Assembly (NCBI GenBank): GCA_965224725.1
Contig: CBDCZZ010000001.1
Location: 37,613-101,612 of the forward strand
From: Woeseiaceae bacterium
GTDB lineage: Bacteria; Pseudomonadota; Gammaproteobacteria; Steroidobacterales; Woeseiaceae
Direction: 5' to 3'
Length of the DNA: 64,000 nt
Shown in pieces: positions 53,343 to 63,475 of this stretch (position 1 is the stretch's first letter; each line of letters begins with the position of its first letter). Position numbers and translations under genes: made by a program. The notes under the pieces were generated by a model. That model was not told the origin of the DNA, made no database searches, and worked only from the letters and a program-made list of their open reading frames with translations.

Positions 53343-56207
53343 ATGAAGACCGGTAAGAACGCGAATAAAACAAGTGGTGTGCGGCGTCGTGACTTCCTGA
53401 AGCTCGGTGCCGCGAGCGTCGGCGTTGCGATGTCGGCATGCTCCACGAAAGCGGGCAGGGTCGATCCGCCGGCGCCTGCGCGGCCAGCGGAACCGGATAT
53501 TCAGGATCCCCCAGACGTGGGCGACCTGCTCGATCCGATTCTGGAACAGGCGGAGAGCTGGCAGGAACCCTGGCTGTGGCGACCGGAACGCTGGTCCGAA
53601 GCACCGCTCGACCTGAACGTCGTCAGAACCCAGAATCCGGGGCTTGCGCCATCGCCCGGTAACGTTACGCCGAGCCTTTTCAGCTTTAACGGGCAGACAC
53701 CGGGTCCGACCATACGTGTCAAAAACGATGGCGAGCTGCGCGTGCGGGTCAGAAACACGCTCGGCCTGAACGAGCGGAAAACACCCTACGGACCGTATCC
53801 TGATCCTGTCGATATAACGCCCGATTTGCGCAAGTTGGCGTGCAATCTTGCCGCGGTTCAACTTGAGAATCCGGATATTCCAGACGACTGTAACGCGGCC
53901 ATCGTTGAAGATCAGTTTCAACAGGTTTCGAAGCCGACGACGCGTTCGGGCTGGAAGCTGAACCAGCATCTGAACGGTGGGCACTGCGCACATACGACAA
54001 ACCTGCACACCCACGGGTTGCACGTATTCCCGCAAACTAACCCGGACGGGACTTACTCCGACGATGTGCACCTCAGGGTTATTCCACAGGCTGACTGGGA
54101 AATGCGACTGGCTTCTTCTGAGGAGTCGCTGAAGAAGCTGCGGCATCACGAACATGTCGGGCAGCTCGAGTACAAGTTTCAGCTGGCGTTCGAGCGAGAT
54201 GGCGAGACCATGCCGCATCCGCCGGGGACGCACTGGTATCACCCGCATGCGCATGGTTCGACGCATGACCAGGTTTCGAGCGGTATGGCGGGCTACCTGA
54301 TCGTGGAGGGCGATGTCGACGCGGCCATCAATCTCGCGATGACAGGTGAAGAGTGGCCGGATCCCGAGGTGCGAGCTGGCGCCTATGATTATCGTGAGCG
54401 ACTGATATTCATGCAGCGGGTGGAGGTGACGACGAGTGATCTCGATGCCGGATCGAAGCAACGTTCACTGAAAAATCCGCCCGTAACAGCTATCAACGGG
54501 ATTCCTCAGGCAGGTATGTTCCGGATGCGTCCTGGAGCCGTGGAGCGCTGGCGCGTCCTGAACGGCAGCGTTGACGGTGCCGGAACGATCCGTTTCATGG
54601 TGCTCGACGGGCAGTTTGTACAACGGGGCGAACGGGTGTGGCGAGTCGTCGCCGAAGGCGAGGGCGAACAACGGGTGCGCAAGCTTGAGGCTGTCTCGGA
54701 ACAGGACATCGAGGATGCAAAGCTCGATCTGCAGCAGCTGTCGTTCGACGGCATTACGCTGGTGGCGGAGATCGATGGCAAAGCCGTGCACCGGATCAAG
54801 GACCTGTCCCAGCAGAACGCGGGTACTCAAAATCCGTTCGCCAGCGACTCGGTCGGCGGAGAAGGGTTCTACGCGTCGAGGCTCAGGGCGTTCGAGTCGG
54901 TCTACAAGGATGGAGACAGCCTGCGGCACGCGTATGTGCGACCTAATGAGGTGTACATGACGAATGCGAATCGCACAGACCTGTTGTTTCGTGCGCCGTT
55001 GGATGCATCCGGTCGAGTCTTCACGTTGCTGGTCAAAGAAGCGCATCTGCAGACTGACAATCATCAACGTTTCCTCCAGAGGAGAACAAAGAATCCGCAG
55101 AGCGGCACGCGACGACGTGTTGTAGACAACACGATCGTGGGCTACATCCACGTGACTGGCGACGCGGTGGAGGGGGGTGAATTCGACATTCAGTCTTTGA
55201 ACGAGATATTGCCGCCAGTGCCGCCATTACTGCAGCCGATTTTGAGCGATGAACTAAGCGTGCCGATCGATGAGGCCGCAGAAACCGGGGTGCCGGCGGG
55301 TAGCAAGCGTTGTCGTACCATCAGTTACACAGGGCTCGGTGCAGCCGATTTTCCGCTGGTCATCGTGCCCGACGGTTATGCCGCAGCTCACCCCGATCTC
55401 GAGAACCGAACGTGGGCAAATTACGACGGAGTTAAGGTTTTGCTGCCCCCCAATACTCAAACCATGGGAATCAATACTGAGTTCGACTTGGCAGTGAACC
55501 CCGAGCCGATGCCGCCCCGAAAGTTTGCGCCAGATGACGAATATGGTACGCGGGTCGTTGTGAATACGGCTGAGGAGTGGGTGCTGTACAACACGTCGCA
55601 GATGTTGTGGAGCCAGACTGATCTCGAGCGTTTCCCGCAACCCGGATCGTGGGACGGCAATCATTACATCAGTTATCCAGTGTCACGGGCCGAAGGGCAG
55701 CGCAGATTTAGCGAGGATCCCGCGTTCATGATTTCGTCCAAAGGCAACGATCACCCGTTTCACATTCACATCAACCCAATGTGGGTGCTGCGCATCGATG
55801 TACCGGACGAGAATGGCGAGTTGCACAATGTACTGCCCGAGCCGATGTGGATGGATACGGTAAATATCCCCAGAGCTGGCGGCAGAGTGGTATTTCGCAC
55901 CCGGTTCGACGACTTCACGGGCTCATGGGTGAATCACTGCCACGTCCTGAATCACGAAGACAACGGCATGATGCAGCAGGTTCGTTGTTTCGCCGACGCG
56001 TCGGAAGCGAACTATCGAGTTCGTGACGTTGTGGCGGAGCACGCCATGAGCGGCGCCGAAGTCGACGCGATCTATCCGAAGCCATCAGCCGACCTCATGT
56101 ACCGGCAAAACCTGACCTATGTTGAGCCGAATGAGCTCGGCGCTCATGAGTTTCCGGGCTTCGAAATCGAAACGCCCGAGTTGCAGGAACAGGCCCGCGA
56201 CGACTAG
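53343..56207 (+). CDS. Large multicopper oxidase with Tat signal / lipobox
   Basis: RRRDFLKLGAASVGVAMSAC. Copper motifs HTTNLHTHGLHV, HWYHPHAHG, HPFHIHINP and HCHVLNHEDNGMM. Confidence 0.85.
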   Translation: MKTGKNANKTSGVRRRDFLKLGAASVGVAMSACSTKAGRVDPPAPARPAEPDIQDPPDVGDLLDPILEQAESWQEPWLWRPERWSEAPLDLNVVRTQNPGLAPSPGNVTPSLFSFNGQTPGPTIRVKNDGELRVRVRNTLGLNERKTPYGPYPDPVDITPDLRKLACNLAAVQLENPDIPDDCNAAIVEDQFQQVSKPTTRSGWKLNQHLNGGHCAHTTNLHTHGLHVFPQTNPDGTYSDDVHLRVIPQADWEMRLASSEESLKKLRHHEHVGQLEYKFQLAFERDGETMPHPPGTHWYHPHAHGSTHDQVSSGMAGYLIVEGDVDAAINLAMTGEEWPDPEVRAGAYDYRERLIFMQRVEVTTSDLDAGSKQRSLKNPPVTAINGIPQAGMFRMRPGAVERWRVLNGSVDGAGTIRFMVLDGQFVQRGERVWRVVAEGEGEQRVRKLEAVSEQDIEDAKLDLQQLSFDGITLVAEIDGKAVHRIKDLSQQNAGTQNPFASDSVGGEGFYASRLRAFESVYKDGDSLRHAYVRPNEVYMTNANRTDLLFRAPLDASGRVFTLLVKEAHLQTDNHQRFLQRRTKNPQSGTRRRVVDNTIVGYIHVTGDAVEGGEFDIQSLNEILPPVPPLLQPILSDELSVPIDEAAETGVPAGSKRCRTISYTGLGAADFPLVIVPDGYAAAHPDLENRTWANYDGVKVLLPPNTQTMGINTEFDLAVNPEPMPPRKFAPDDEYGTRVVVNTAEEWVLYNTSQMLWSQTDLERFPQPGSWDGNHYISYPVSRAEGQRRFSEDPAFMISSKGNDHPFHIHINPMWVLRIDVPDENGELHNVLPEPMWMDTVNIPRAGGRVVFRTRFDDFTGSWVNHCHVLNHEDNGMMQQVRCFADASEANYRVRDVVAEHAMSGAEVDAIYPKPSADLMYRQNLTYVEPNELGAHEFPGFEIETPELQEQARDD

Positions 56208-56252
56208 CGGCGTCTTTCCTCCATTTTCCCAACCTGTCAGATAATTGAAAAT

Positions 56253-58409
56253 CTAAGGGTCAAGGTGCTCTACGAAATATCGCTTTACGGCGTTCCGTGC
56301 GTAGCGGGCTGCTTCACCCTCTATGAAGTGCGTCTGACCGGGGAGTAGCACAAGGTCATGTCGTTTGCCCGCTTCGATCAATGCATCCACCATCTGTAAC
56401 GTGTGTGATACAGGTACGACCGGATCATCGGTGCCGTGCATCAGCATCAACCGACCCCGGAGGGACGAAGCCAGGGCTAATAATTCGGGCTCATACGCCG
56501 AAGGATTGTCCTCCGGTAAGCCCAGTCGGGGTTCCGGGCCGTTGGCTCTCAGATTGCGAAGGTCGACTCCGGGGGCAATGGCGACCCCAACATGGTATGT
56601 CTCGGGTGCTTTCAACAAAGCTGCCAGTGTCTGTCCTCCGCCTGCAGAGATGCCGAACACTCCGACTCGGCCCAGGTCCACGAAAGGCCGGTCCGTTGCC
56701 AGTTGCTGAAGGGCCGAAACATGATCCGGAATGGGGTCGAATTGCCCGCCATAAACAACATCGACAAATGCTTTGCCACGTTCGGCAGTGCCCCGTCCAT
56801 CAACTACCCAAACAACGAAACCCAATTGCGCAAGGGCGAGCGGATCGACGCGGTCCAGAGGAAACGCATTTCGCGCGTCGCCGGATCCCGTACCAGGAAA
56901 AGTACGGTTCACAACAGTTGTGTAGCTGCCGTCGTATATGTACTCGATCACGGGGTAGCGGCGCGCAGGGTCGAAGTTGAAGGGCTTGTACAGGACTCCG
57001 TGCAGTTGAGTTTTGCCGTCCACGGACGTCACGACCACTTCTTCCGGCGGGACCCAACCGATCTTCTCCAGTTTTTCGATGTTCGCTGTGGACAATATGT
57101 CGACGAGTTGGCCATCCGAACGTCGAAGTTCGGTTGCGTGCGGGCGGTCGACCGATGAATGTGTGTCAACAAAGTACTCAAGTGACGGGGCCATGCTGAT
57201 ACGGTGAATGCCATTGGCTTCGGTCAGTTGTTCGTAATTGTCGCCGTCGATTCCCACGCGTGCCAGATGCAGATCGTACGGCCTTGCCTGGTCAGTGTGA
57301 CCCGTGAAGTAAATCCACTCGCGCTCCTCGTCTACGGCGATAATTTCATGCACCGGGAAGGCATCCTGGGTGAGCTGCCGCAGGAGAACGCCGTCCCGGT
57401 TGTATAAGTAGATATGACGCCAGCCAGATCGATCCGAGGTCCAAAGAAAGTGCGCGCCGTCCCGAAGCGGGGTGAATTGAGGCGGGGAGGACCATAACGG
57501 ATCATGGAATGTATCGCGTTCCTCCGAAATCAGGAGTCTCGCTTCGCCTGTTCTGGCATTGGCAGCAAGTAGTCTGAGCCTCTTCTGCAAGCGATCCATG
57601 GAGATATAAAAGAACTCCGAACCATCCCGACGCCAGTCCAGCGCCAGGATGTGGCCTTCGGGGTCGCGGTCGTCATCAACTCGGATTTGCTGCCGGTCGT
57701 CTACATCTATGAGATAAATCCATCGGCGCGCGAGTGGGTCGCCCGGCTTCGCGAATGCGATGCTTTCTACTTTCGCTTCTCCATCTTTGTAGGACACGAA
57801 CGACTTTGTGGGAACCATGCGTTCATCCACTTTTCTCAGCGCAATCATTGATCCGTCGGGGGACCACCAGGCCCATGGTCGGCCGTAGTTTCCATCCCAT
57901 TCGAAGGCTTCGCCCCAGTAATATCCATCGACGCCGTCATTCGTGAGTCGCCGCAACTCTTCTGAACCGGTCCGGCGTAACCAAAGATCATTTTCAGAAC
58001 GGTGCAGGAACCACTGCTCGTTGGGTGAGAGCGTTTCGAGCAATGGGAAGCCCCATACGTCGCGTCCGACCTCACGTGGCTTATCGGCATCTTGCGTTGG
58101 CGTTACGGTTTTGACGGACGAAGCAGGGACGGGTTTTCTGGATTGTGACTGCGGATCGTACTCCCAGGTTATTGGGCCACTTTCTCCTGCTTCCGTGAAC
58201 CGGAAGCGACTGCCGTCGGCCAGCCACTCAGGCTCAACGATTCCACCAGTGACAAGATCCGAAATTTCCAGGTAGCGGTTGTATACGGTCTCATGGCGAT
58301 CGTCATCGGCCTCGGAGGGCTCGGCGGAAACGAATGTCAGGCCGACAATTATGCCAACTGAAATTCCGAGTGATATGTGGCGGGATACAGAGACAGCTGT
58401 GCGATACAT
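56253..58409 (-). CDS. S9B (DPP IV-like) serine peptidase
   Basis: N-terminal propeller region and catalytic VFGISAGGGQT (GxSxGG), with C-terminal Asp/His region (MHGTDDPVV...GQTHFI). Confidence 0.85.
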   Translation of the reverse strand: MYRTAVSVSRHISLGISVGIIVGLTFVSAEPSEADDDRHETVYNRYLEISDLVTGGIVEPEWLADGSRFRFTEAGESGPITWEYDPQSQSRKPVPASSVKTVTPTQDADKPREVGRDVWGFPLLETLSPNEQWFLHRSENDLWLRRTGSEELRRLTNDGVDGYYWGEAFEWDGNYGRPWAWWSPDGSMIALRKVDERMVPTKSFVSYKDGEAKVESIAFAKPGDPLARRWIYLIDVDDRQQIRVDDDRDPEGHILALDWRRDGSEFFYISMDRLQKRLRLLAANARTGEARLLISEERDTFHDPLWSSPPQFTPLRDGAHFLWTSDRSGWRHIYLYNRDGVLLRQLTQDAFPVHEIIAVDEEREWIYFTGHTDQARPYDLHLARVGIDGDNYEQLTEANGIHRISMAPSLEYFVDTHSSVDRPHATELRRSDGQLVDILSTANIEKLEKIGWVPPEEVVVTSVDGKTQLHGVLYKPFNFDPARRYPVIEYIYDGSYTTVVNRTFPGTGSGDARNAFPLDRVDPLALAQLGFVVWVVDGRGTAERGKAFVDVVYGGQFDPIPDHVSALQQLATDRPFVDLGRVGVFGISAGGGQTLAALLKAPETYHVGVAIAPGVDLRNLRANGPEPRLGLPEDNPSAYEPELLALASSLRGRLMLMHGTDDPVVPVSHTLQMVDALIEAGKRHDLVLLPGQTHFIEGEAARYARNAVKRYFVEHLDP

Positions 58410-58467
58410 ATGATCTTCTCATTCACCTTGTCGCCCGAACTTTAGTATAGACGTCTCGCGAGCAACC

Positions 58468-59472
58468 TTACTTGCAGCGACTGTCCAGTTCGTCAGCGAT
58501 ATCGGTGACCGACTGCAGCTCTCGGAATACGTCCGACAGGTAGCTGATCATGCTGTCGGCACCCTTCGGTGTAACCTCGGGAATGCTGCGGATCACATCA
58601 TAGATTTCTTCGCGCCCATCGCGGAGCGAGACCAGCGCTTCCTCCAGAGTTTCCCGCGGTACACAGTAGCCAACGTACTTTCGCCGCAACGGGTTTCGGC
58701 CGCGTCGAAATTTTTTCTGTCTCGCATAAGCAGGTTTTACGAGTCCGGTGAGATCGAAGTCGTACGGGATGGCGTACAGGAGGTCATCTTTCTGGAGCAG
58801 GTTGATATTGTGACAACAGTCTGCTTCGTCATACGGCGCCATCAACGACCAGTCGGAGTTGCCGATCAGGTACTGGTAAACCGCAATCAGTGCCGTATGC
58901 GCATGGGTTACCTCGGGACGTGACACGTGCGGGACTTTAGCGACCTGGCTGTTTGTGCGCGCAGCCAACTCGTCGACGGATTCGATGAAAAACGCGAACT
59001 GTTCACGCGCCGATACGGCCAGGCGATTATCGGTGTCGTGGTATTTGATTCGGACCAGCCGCGCGCGATAGCTGATAGGTGTTAATGTATTGAGGATCTG
59101 GTACGCGGCAAATTCTTCCAGCAGGCTTTCTTTCGAACTCGGCTTGTTCATGCAATGTGTGACAAGTTTGAGCCTTCCCTGTTTCTCGAACGGCGTACCT
59201 GTCGTGTCATCGACGAATGATATTCGCAGAGGCGGGAACTGGCAGAACTCGACGCGGCTCTTGCCGCGAATACGGACCTCGACGGCGACTTCTTCGTCAC
59301 CGAAGCGCAGAAGCATCGGCAGCGCTTCCCGATCCCTTACATCGCGAATTACTGAGCTGATTGGTCCATGCAGTTCGAGCTCGATCATGTCTGAGCTGTC
59401 GAACAGCTGTGCCTCGGCGGTGCTGCCTAGAAGAAACAATCCGATGCCGGCGATTAGTACCCTTAAGCACAT
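58468..59472 (-). CDS. Secreted hypothetical protein (weak CotH-like kinase resemblance)
   Basis: Start set at MCLRVLIAGIGLFLLGSTAEAQ. Motifs GNSDWS..HNINLL..YAIPYDFDL loosely recall CotH. The long upstream ORF extension is Arg/Ser-rich and implausible. Confidence 0.55.
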   Translation of the reverse strand: MCLRVLIAGIGLFLLGSTAEAQLFDSSDMIELELHGPISSVIRDVRDREALPMLLRFGDEEVAVEVRIRGKSRVEFCQFPPLRISFVDDTTGTPFEKQGRLKLVTHCMNKPSSKESLLEEFAAYQILNTLTPISYRARLVRIKYHDTDNRLAVSAREQFAFFIESVDELAARTNSQVAKVPHVSRPEVTHAHTALIAVYQYLIGNSDWSLMAPYDEADCCHNINLLQKDDLLYAIPYDFDLTGLVKPAYARQKKFRRGRNPLRRKYVGYCVPRETLEEALVSLRDGREEIYDVIRSIPEVTPKGADSMISYLSDVFRELQSVTDIADELDSRCK

Positions 59473-59558
59473 GCCACCTATTGTACGCCTCCGGATCCGT
59501 CGTAAGACAGCCCGGACTACCGCTGAATCAGTCGGCCAATAGTGTAAGTTTGGTGTTG

Positions 59559-60383
59559 ATGATGAAAGTGCTGCTTCTTTTGCTTTTTGGCGTGATGCCC
59601 GAAACGCCGCCGCTCGATGCCACCGGGCACGATAACCAGATGGGGCTGACTTTTTCGCCCGACGGTCGAACCGCCTACTGGACTGCCTGGAACGGCAAGT
59701 GGGGGAGCAAGGGTGGTAGCCCGCAGACGATCTACGTGTCGTACCTGGCCGAGGCCGGATGGAGCGCTCCTGCAATTGCACCGTTTTCGGGTAAGAACAA
59801 TGACGGCGATCCATTTGTGTCGCCGGACGGGCGTTGGGTCTACTTCGTGTCGGATCGTTCCGGGAATGACGATATCTGGCGCTTCGATCTGCAACGGGAA
59901 GTAGTTGAGCATCTGAGCATCAGTTCGAGTGCCACAGAATATTCACCAGTTGTTGTCGACTCAGGCGCGCTTTACTTTGCCTCGGCGCGGGACGGCGGCG
60001 CAGGTCGCGGCGATATCTACCGGGCCGCCGCGGAGGGGGATGCTTTCGCGCCTCCGGAACTTGTCGGGCAAGGCGTTAACTCGGAAACGGGCGAGTGGAA
60101 TGTCTGGGTGTCACGGGATGAGAGTGTGATGATCTTCGAAGCGTCGTCCCGGCCGACCAATATCTCTGTTCCAGGCGATCTGTACTGCAGTCGTCACGAG
60201 CACGGCGACTGGTCGGAAGCAGTGCCCATTGAAACGCTGAACTCGGCAGACAGTGACCTGATGCTGCGAGTCCATCCGGACGGGACGATTTACTACACGA
60301 TTGCACCGATTGGCGGCCATGCGAAAATTGAAGAGATCGACCGGGGCGCGTTGGCGGGCTGCAAGTCCCGGGAATTTGACTAA
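59559..60383 (+). CDS. TolB-like (PD40 repeat) beta-propeller protein, secreted
   Basis: MMKVLLLLLFGV signal. Repeats FSPDGRTAYW, VSPDGRWVYFVSDR and similar. Confidence 0.7.
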   Translation: MMKVLLLLLFGVMPETPPLDATGHDNQMGLTFSPDGRTAYWTAWNGKWGSKGGSPQTIYVSYLAEAGWSAPAIAPFSGKNNDGDPFVSPDGRWVYFVSDRSGNDDIWRFDLQREVVEHLSISSSATEYSPVVVDSGALYFASARDGGAGRGDIYRAAAEGDAFAPPELVGQGVNSETGEWNVWVSRDESVMIFEASSRPTNISVPGDLYCSRHEHGDWSEAVPIETLNSADSDLMLRVHPDGTIYYTIAPIGGHAKIEEIDRGALAGCKSREFD

Positions 60384-60431
60384 GCTTGTAGGCGTTGAGC
60401 TGCAGTAATCGCAGCGTAGCGGAGACGAACC

Positions 60432-61910
60432 ATGTTACGACGTACCTTCTGCCAATCGGCGCTGGCAGGCGCCGCCTATGTTGTCATTCCGGCCTGCGGT
60501 CGAGGTGGCTCCAATGTTGCTGGCTCGGTCGGGACCCGAATTCCTGCGGTCTCCGTGGATGGGGCCGAACTGTCGCTGGAGACGTCCGCTATTACCGAGT
60601 TTGCGGCCGAGCTCGACGGCCAACTGTTTCTGGAGAGTGACGAAGGCTACGACGCGGCAAGGCTGGTCTGGAATGGCATGTTCCAGGACAAACAGCCGGC
60701 CCTGGTCGCGCAGTGTGCGTCGACCGATGACGTTCGAATGGCTGTGCTGTTCGCTCGTGAGAGCAACTTGCTGGTTTCCGTGAAGTGCGGTGGACACAGT
60801 TTTCCCGGCAAGTGCACCAGTGACGGCGGGCTCATGATCGATTTATCACCCATGCACACGGTTGATGTCGATGCTGACGCGATGACCGCGCGTGCGGATG
60901 GTGGTTCCTTGCTGGGACACCTCGACGACGCGGCTTCAGCGTACAACCTGCTCACAACGACCGGTATCGTTTCACACACTGGCGTCGGCGGATTCACCCT
61001 GGGCGGAGGTCTGGGGCGCACGGACCGAAAGATGGGCCTGGCGATCGATAATCTTCTGGAAGCGACCGTCGTGACCGCGGCAGGCGACATCGTTCGCACC
61101 AGCGACACGGAGAATCCCGAGCTGCTGTGGGGACTGCGTGGAGGCGGTGGCAATTTCGGCATTGCGACCGAAATGGTCTATCGCCTGCACCCGTTTAATC
61201 CGACGGTGTACGGTGGCGACTTGTATTTTGACCTGACTCGTGAATTCTACGAGTTCTTCGCAGAGTTCGACCAGACGCTGGCGGATGAAGCGAACGTTGA
61301 ACCGCTCCTGGCCGCAGGGCCTGACGACAAGCCGGAAATTCACCTGGAGGTTGTCTGGTGCGGCGATCACGCAGCAGGCGAAGCGGCTCTGGCAGGATTA
61401 TTTTCGGCGCCGGGATTCAAGCGCGGCGAGCTGGCGCCATTCCCGTACCGCCATATTCAGACGCGTCTCGACGGTGATCTGGGGCATGGGCTGCGAGCCT
61501 ATTTGAAGTCCTGTTTCATTAGCGAGTTTACTCCGGCGATCATCGACATCCTGGTCGACTTCGGTAACAGGAGCGGGCCGCTCGGCTACTTCTTCCAGCA
61601 TATGGGCGGCGCGAATGCGCGAGTAGCGCCCGATACCACCGCCTACGCGAATCGCAGGGTCGCGCATAATATCGGTATGATTTACGCCGGCATGGATCCG
61701 GCCCAGGATGAAGCAGGCATTGCCGCCGTCCGTGAGATGTATGCAGAACTGGAACCGCACTCTGCGGGCTTTTATACAAACCTGCACGACGACACGGAGC
61801 AAAAGACCTGGGGTAATTATGGCGCCAACTATCCGCGTCTGCAGAAGCTGAAAAGCAAGTACGACCCGGACAACTTCTTCAGGTTGAACGCGAATATTCA
61901 ACCGGGCTAG
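60432..61910 (+). CDS. FAD-linked oxidase (FAD_binding_4 + BBE-like C-terminus), Tat signal
   Basis: MLRRTFCQSALAGAA... signal, GGGHSF, GGGLG and WGLRGGGGNFG motifs. C-terminal YDPDNFFRLNANI (BBE domain). Confidence 0.85.
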   Translation: MLRRTFCQSALAGAAYVVIPACGRGGSNVAGSVGTRIPAVSVDGAELSLETSAITEFAAELDGQLFLESDEGYDAARLVWNGMFQDKQPALVAQCASTDDVRMAVLFARESNLLVSVKCGGHSFPGKCTSDGGLMIDLSPMHTVDVDADAMTARADGGSLLGHLDDAASAYNLLTTTGIVSHTGVGGFTLGGGLGRTDRKMGLAIDNLLEATVVTAAGDIVRTSDTENPELLWGLRGGGGNFGIATEMVYRLHPFNPTVYGGDLYFDLTREFYEFFAEFDQTLADEANVEPLLAAGPDDKPEIHLEVVWCGDHAAGEAALAGLFSAPGFKRGELAPFPYRHIQTRLDGDLGHGLRAYLKSCFISEFTPAIIDILVDFGNRSGPLGYFFQHMGGANARVAPDTTAYANRRVAHNIGMIYAGMDPAQDEAGIAAVREMYAELEPHSAGFYTNLHDDTEQKTWGNYGANYPRLQKLKSKYDPDNFFRLNANIQPG

Positions 61911-63475
61911 GAAGTATCGAGCTGCCAACCGGCTTTGCGCAGACCCTCGACAAAGTAGTCCGTATGTTCCTGTAGCAGGAACGGGTAGGTGCGCTCAATG
62001 TAGGCATCGGAAAAGCTCGGCTGCATGCGAAGCAGCTCATTCAGTGCTTCGCCGGCTCCAGTATCGCCACGGTGGCCGAGTGCTGAGACCAATCTCTGTC
62101 GTGCCCTTACATCGGCCGGATTCGAACGCACTGCTTTGCGTGCGTAATCGACCGCAGCATCTGTATCTCCAGTCAGCAGATTGCTCAGCGCCAGATCCGC
62201 AAGCAGCAGATAGGTGCGCTCGTGTCGCGGATTCAGCCTTAACGTCATTTTCAGGTGTTCCTTCGCGGTTTCAGGCTCACCGGAAAAGCTGAGTATGCAA
62301 CCCAGGAACTGGTGCGCCGTTGCGGCGCTTGGATTCAGCGACACCGCGGTCCGGGCCGACTCCTTGGCGCGTATGCTGTCACGATGCGCGAGCAAGGTCG
62401 CCAGTCCATAGAGCGCATGTGCAAGCCAGTCGCGGCCGTCAATTTCAATTGCCTTCTCAGCAACCCACAGGTAGTGATTTCCTGCGGCCTCAGGGTCTTC
62501 GACCCAGTCGTGCAGGATCTCGGTGAAAAGCAGCAGCGATAGTAGCGAGTATGCATAGCTCGAAGTCGGGTCCAACTCGATGCTCTGCTCGAGCAGCGCT
62601 TTTGCCTCGAGCACACTGTCCTGATTACCCGACTGCATTAACGCCTGTGCTCGAATCGCTTTTTCCCACGCGTCGAGGTTTTCCGGAGGCCTCCGCACAA
62701 CTCGTTGTTGCTCCGCCCGGGCGATCTCCGGTTCTACGGCGGTAACGATTCTCCCCGCGATCTCATCCTGAAGCGCAAAGACGTCGTCAAGGTTGCCGTC
62801 GAAGTTGTCTGACCAGAGATTAAGCGACGTCGTTGCATCCGTGAGCCGTGCTGTAATTCGAACCCGGTTTCCGGATCGACGTACGCTGCCTTCAACGATA
62901 TAGCGGGCGCCGAGTTCCCTGCCAACTGCCGCGGCATCGAGTGCACTGCCGCGAAACTGAAAAGATGATTGTCTCGATATGACGGGGAACCAGCGCCAGG
63001 ACGACAGCGACGTAATAATGTCATCGGTAATGCCGTCGGCAAAATACACCTGGTCCGGATCGGTGCTCAGGTTCTCGAATGGCAAAACCGCGATCGAAGC
63101 ACGGCTCAGGTCTTCTGCCGTGTTCAGGGTCTTGCCTGGTCCGGCATCCGTTGTCGTAACCTCGGCAATGAAGTGGTAACCGTTGCGTTGCACTGTGCGG
63201 ATGATGTGTGGATTTTTCGGATCATCTCCGACCGCCTTACGCAGCTTCATCACGCAACGGGTAATAGCCGTTTCGCTAACCACTGTCTGCCATACATTAT
63301 CAATCAGTTCGTCCTTGGTGACGACACGGTCGCGGTGCTTCAGCAGGTAGGAAAGAACATCGTAGCAGCGCGGTTCGAGTGTCGAAGGTGTACCGTCGCG
63401 CGAAAATTCGCGTCGCTTCAGATCGAGCGAACAGTCCGCGAACTTGTAGGTGACCGAATCCATAGAGCTACGCAT
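61907..63475 (-). CDS. CadC/ToxR-like winged-helix (OmpR/PhoB-type) DNA-binding domain fused to alpha/beta module + TPR
   Basis: YKFADCSLDLKRREFSRDGTPSTLEPRCYDVLSYLLKHRDRVVTKDELIDNVW (trans_reg_C), then SIAVLPFENLS... and TPRs. The start is either 63475 or 63463. Confidence 0.8.
   Translation of the reverse strand: MRSSMDSVTYKFADCSLDLKRREFSRDGTPSTLEPRCYDVLSYLLKHRDRVVTKDELIDNVWQTVVSETAITRCVMKLRKAVGDDPKNPHIIRTVQRNGYHFIAEVTTTDAGPGKTLNTAEDLSRASIAVLPFENLSTDPDQVYFADGITDDIITSLSSWRWFPVISRQSSFQFRGSALDAAAVGRELGARYIVEGSVRRSGNRVRITARLTDATTSLNLWSDNFDGNLDDVFALQDEIAGRIVTAVEPEIARAEQQRVVRRPPENLDAWEKAIRAQALMQSGNQDSVLEAKALLEQSIELDPTSSYAYSLLSLLLFTEILHDWVEDPEAAGNHYLWVAEKAIEIDGRDWLAHALYGLATLLAHRDSIRAKESARTAVSLNPSAATAHQFLGCILSFSGEPETAKEHLKMTLRLNPRHERTYLLLADLALSNLLTGDTDAAVDYARKAVRSNPADVRARQRLVSALGHRGDTGAGEALNELLRMQPSFSDAYIERTYPFLLQEHTDYFVEGLRKAGWQLDTS

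Noticed and set aside
53337-54461. 374-aa minus-strand ORF overlapping the 5' part of the multicopper oxidase gene, and the long upstream extension of the TonB receptor ORF to 53604.
   Set aside because: The plus strand has a Tat signal and Cu-binding motifs. The receptor extension is Pro/Arg/Ser-rich and precedes a good signal peptide that starts at TTG 53253.
58468-59814. Full 448-aa reading of the minus-strand ORF, and the 340-aa reading of 59361-60383 plus.
   Set aside because: The N-terminal extensions are Arg/Ser-rich and overlap each other head to head. Internal starts (59472 and 59559) give proper signal peptides.
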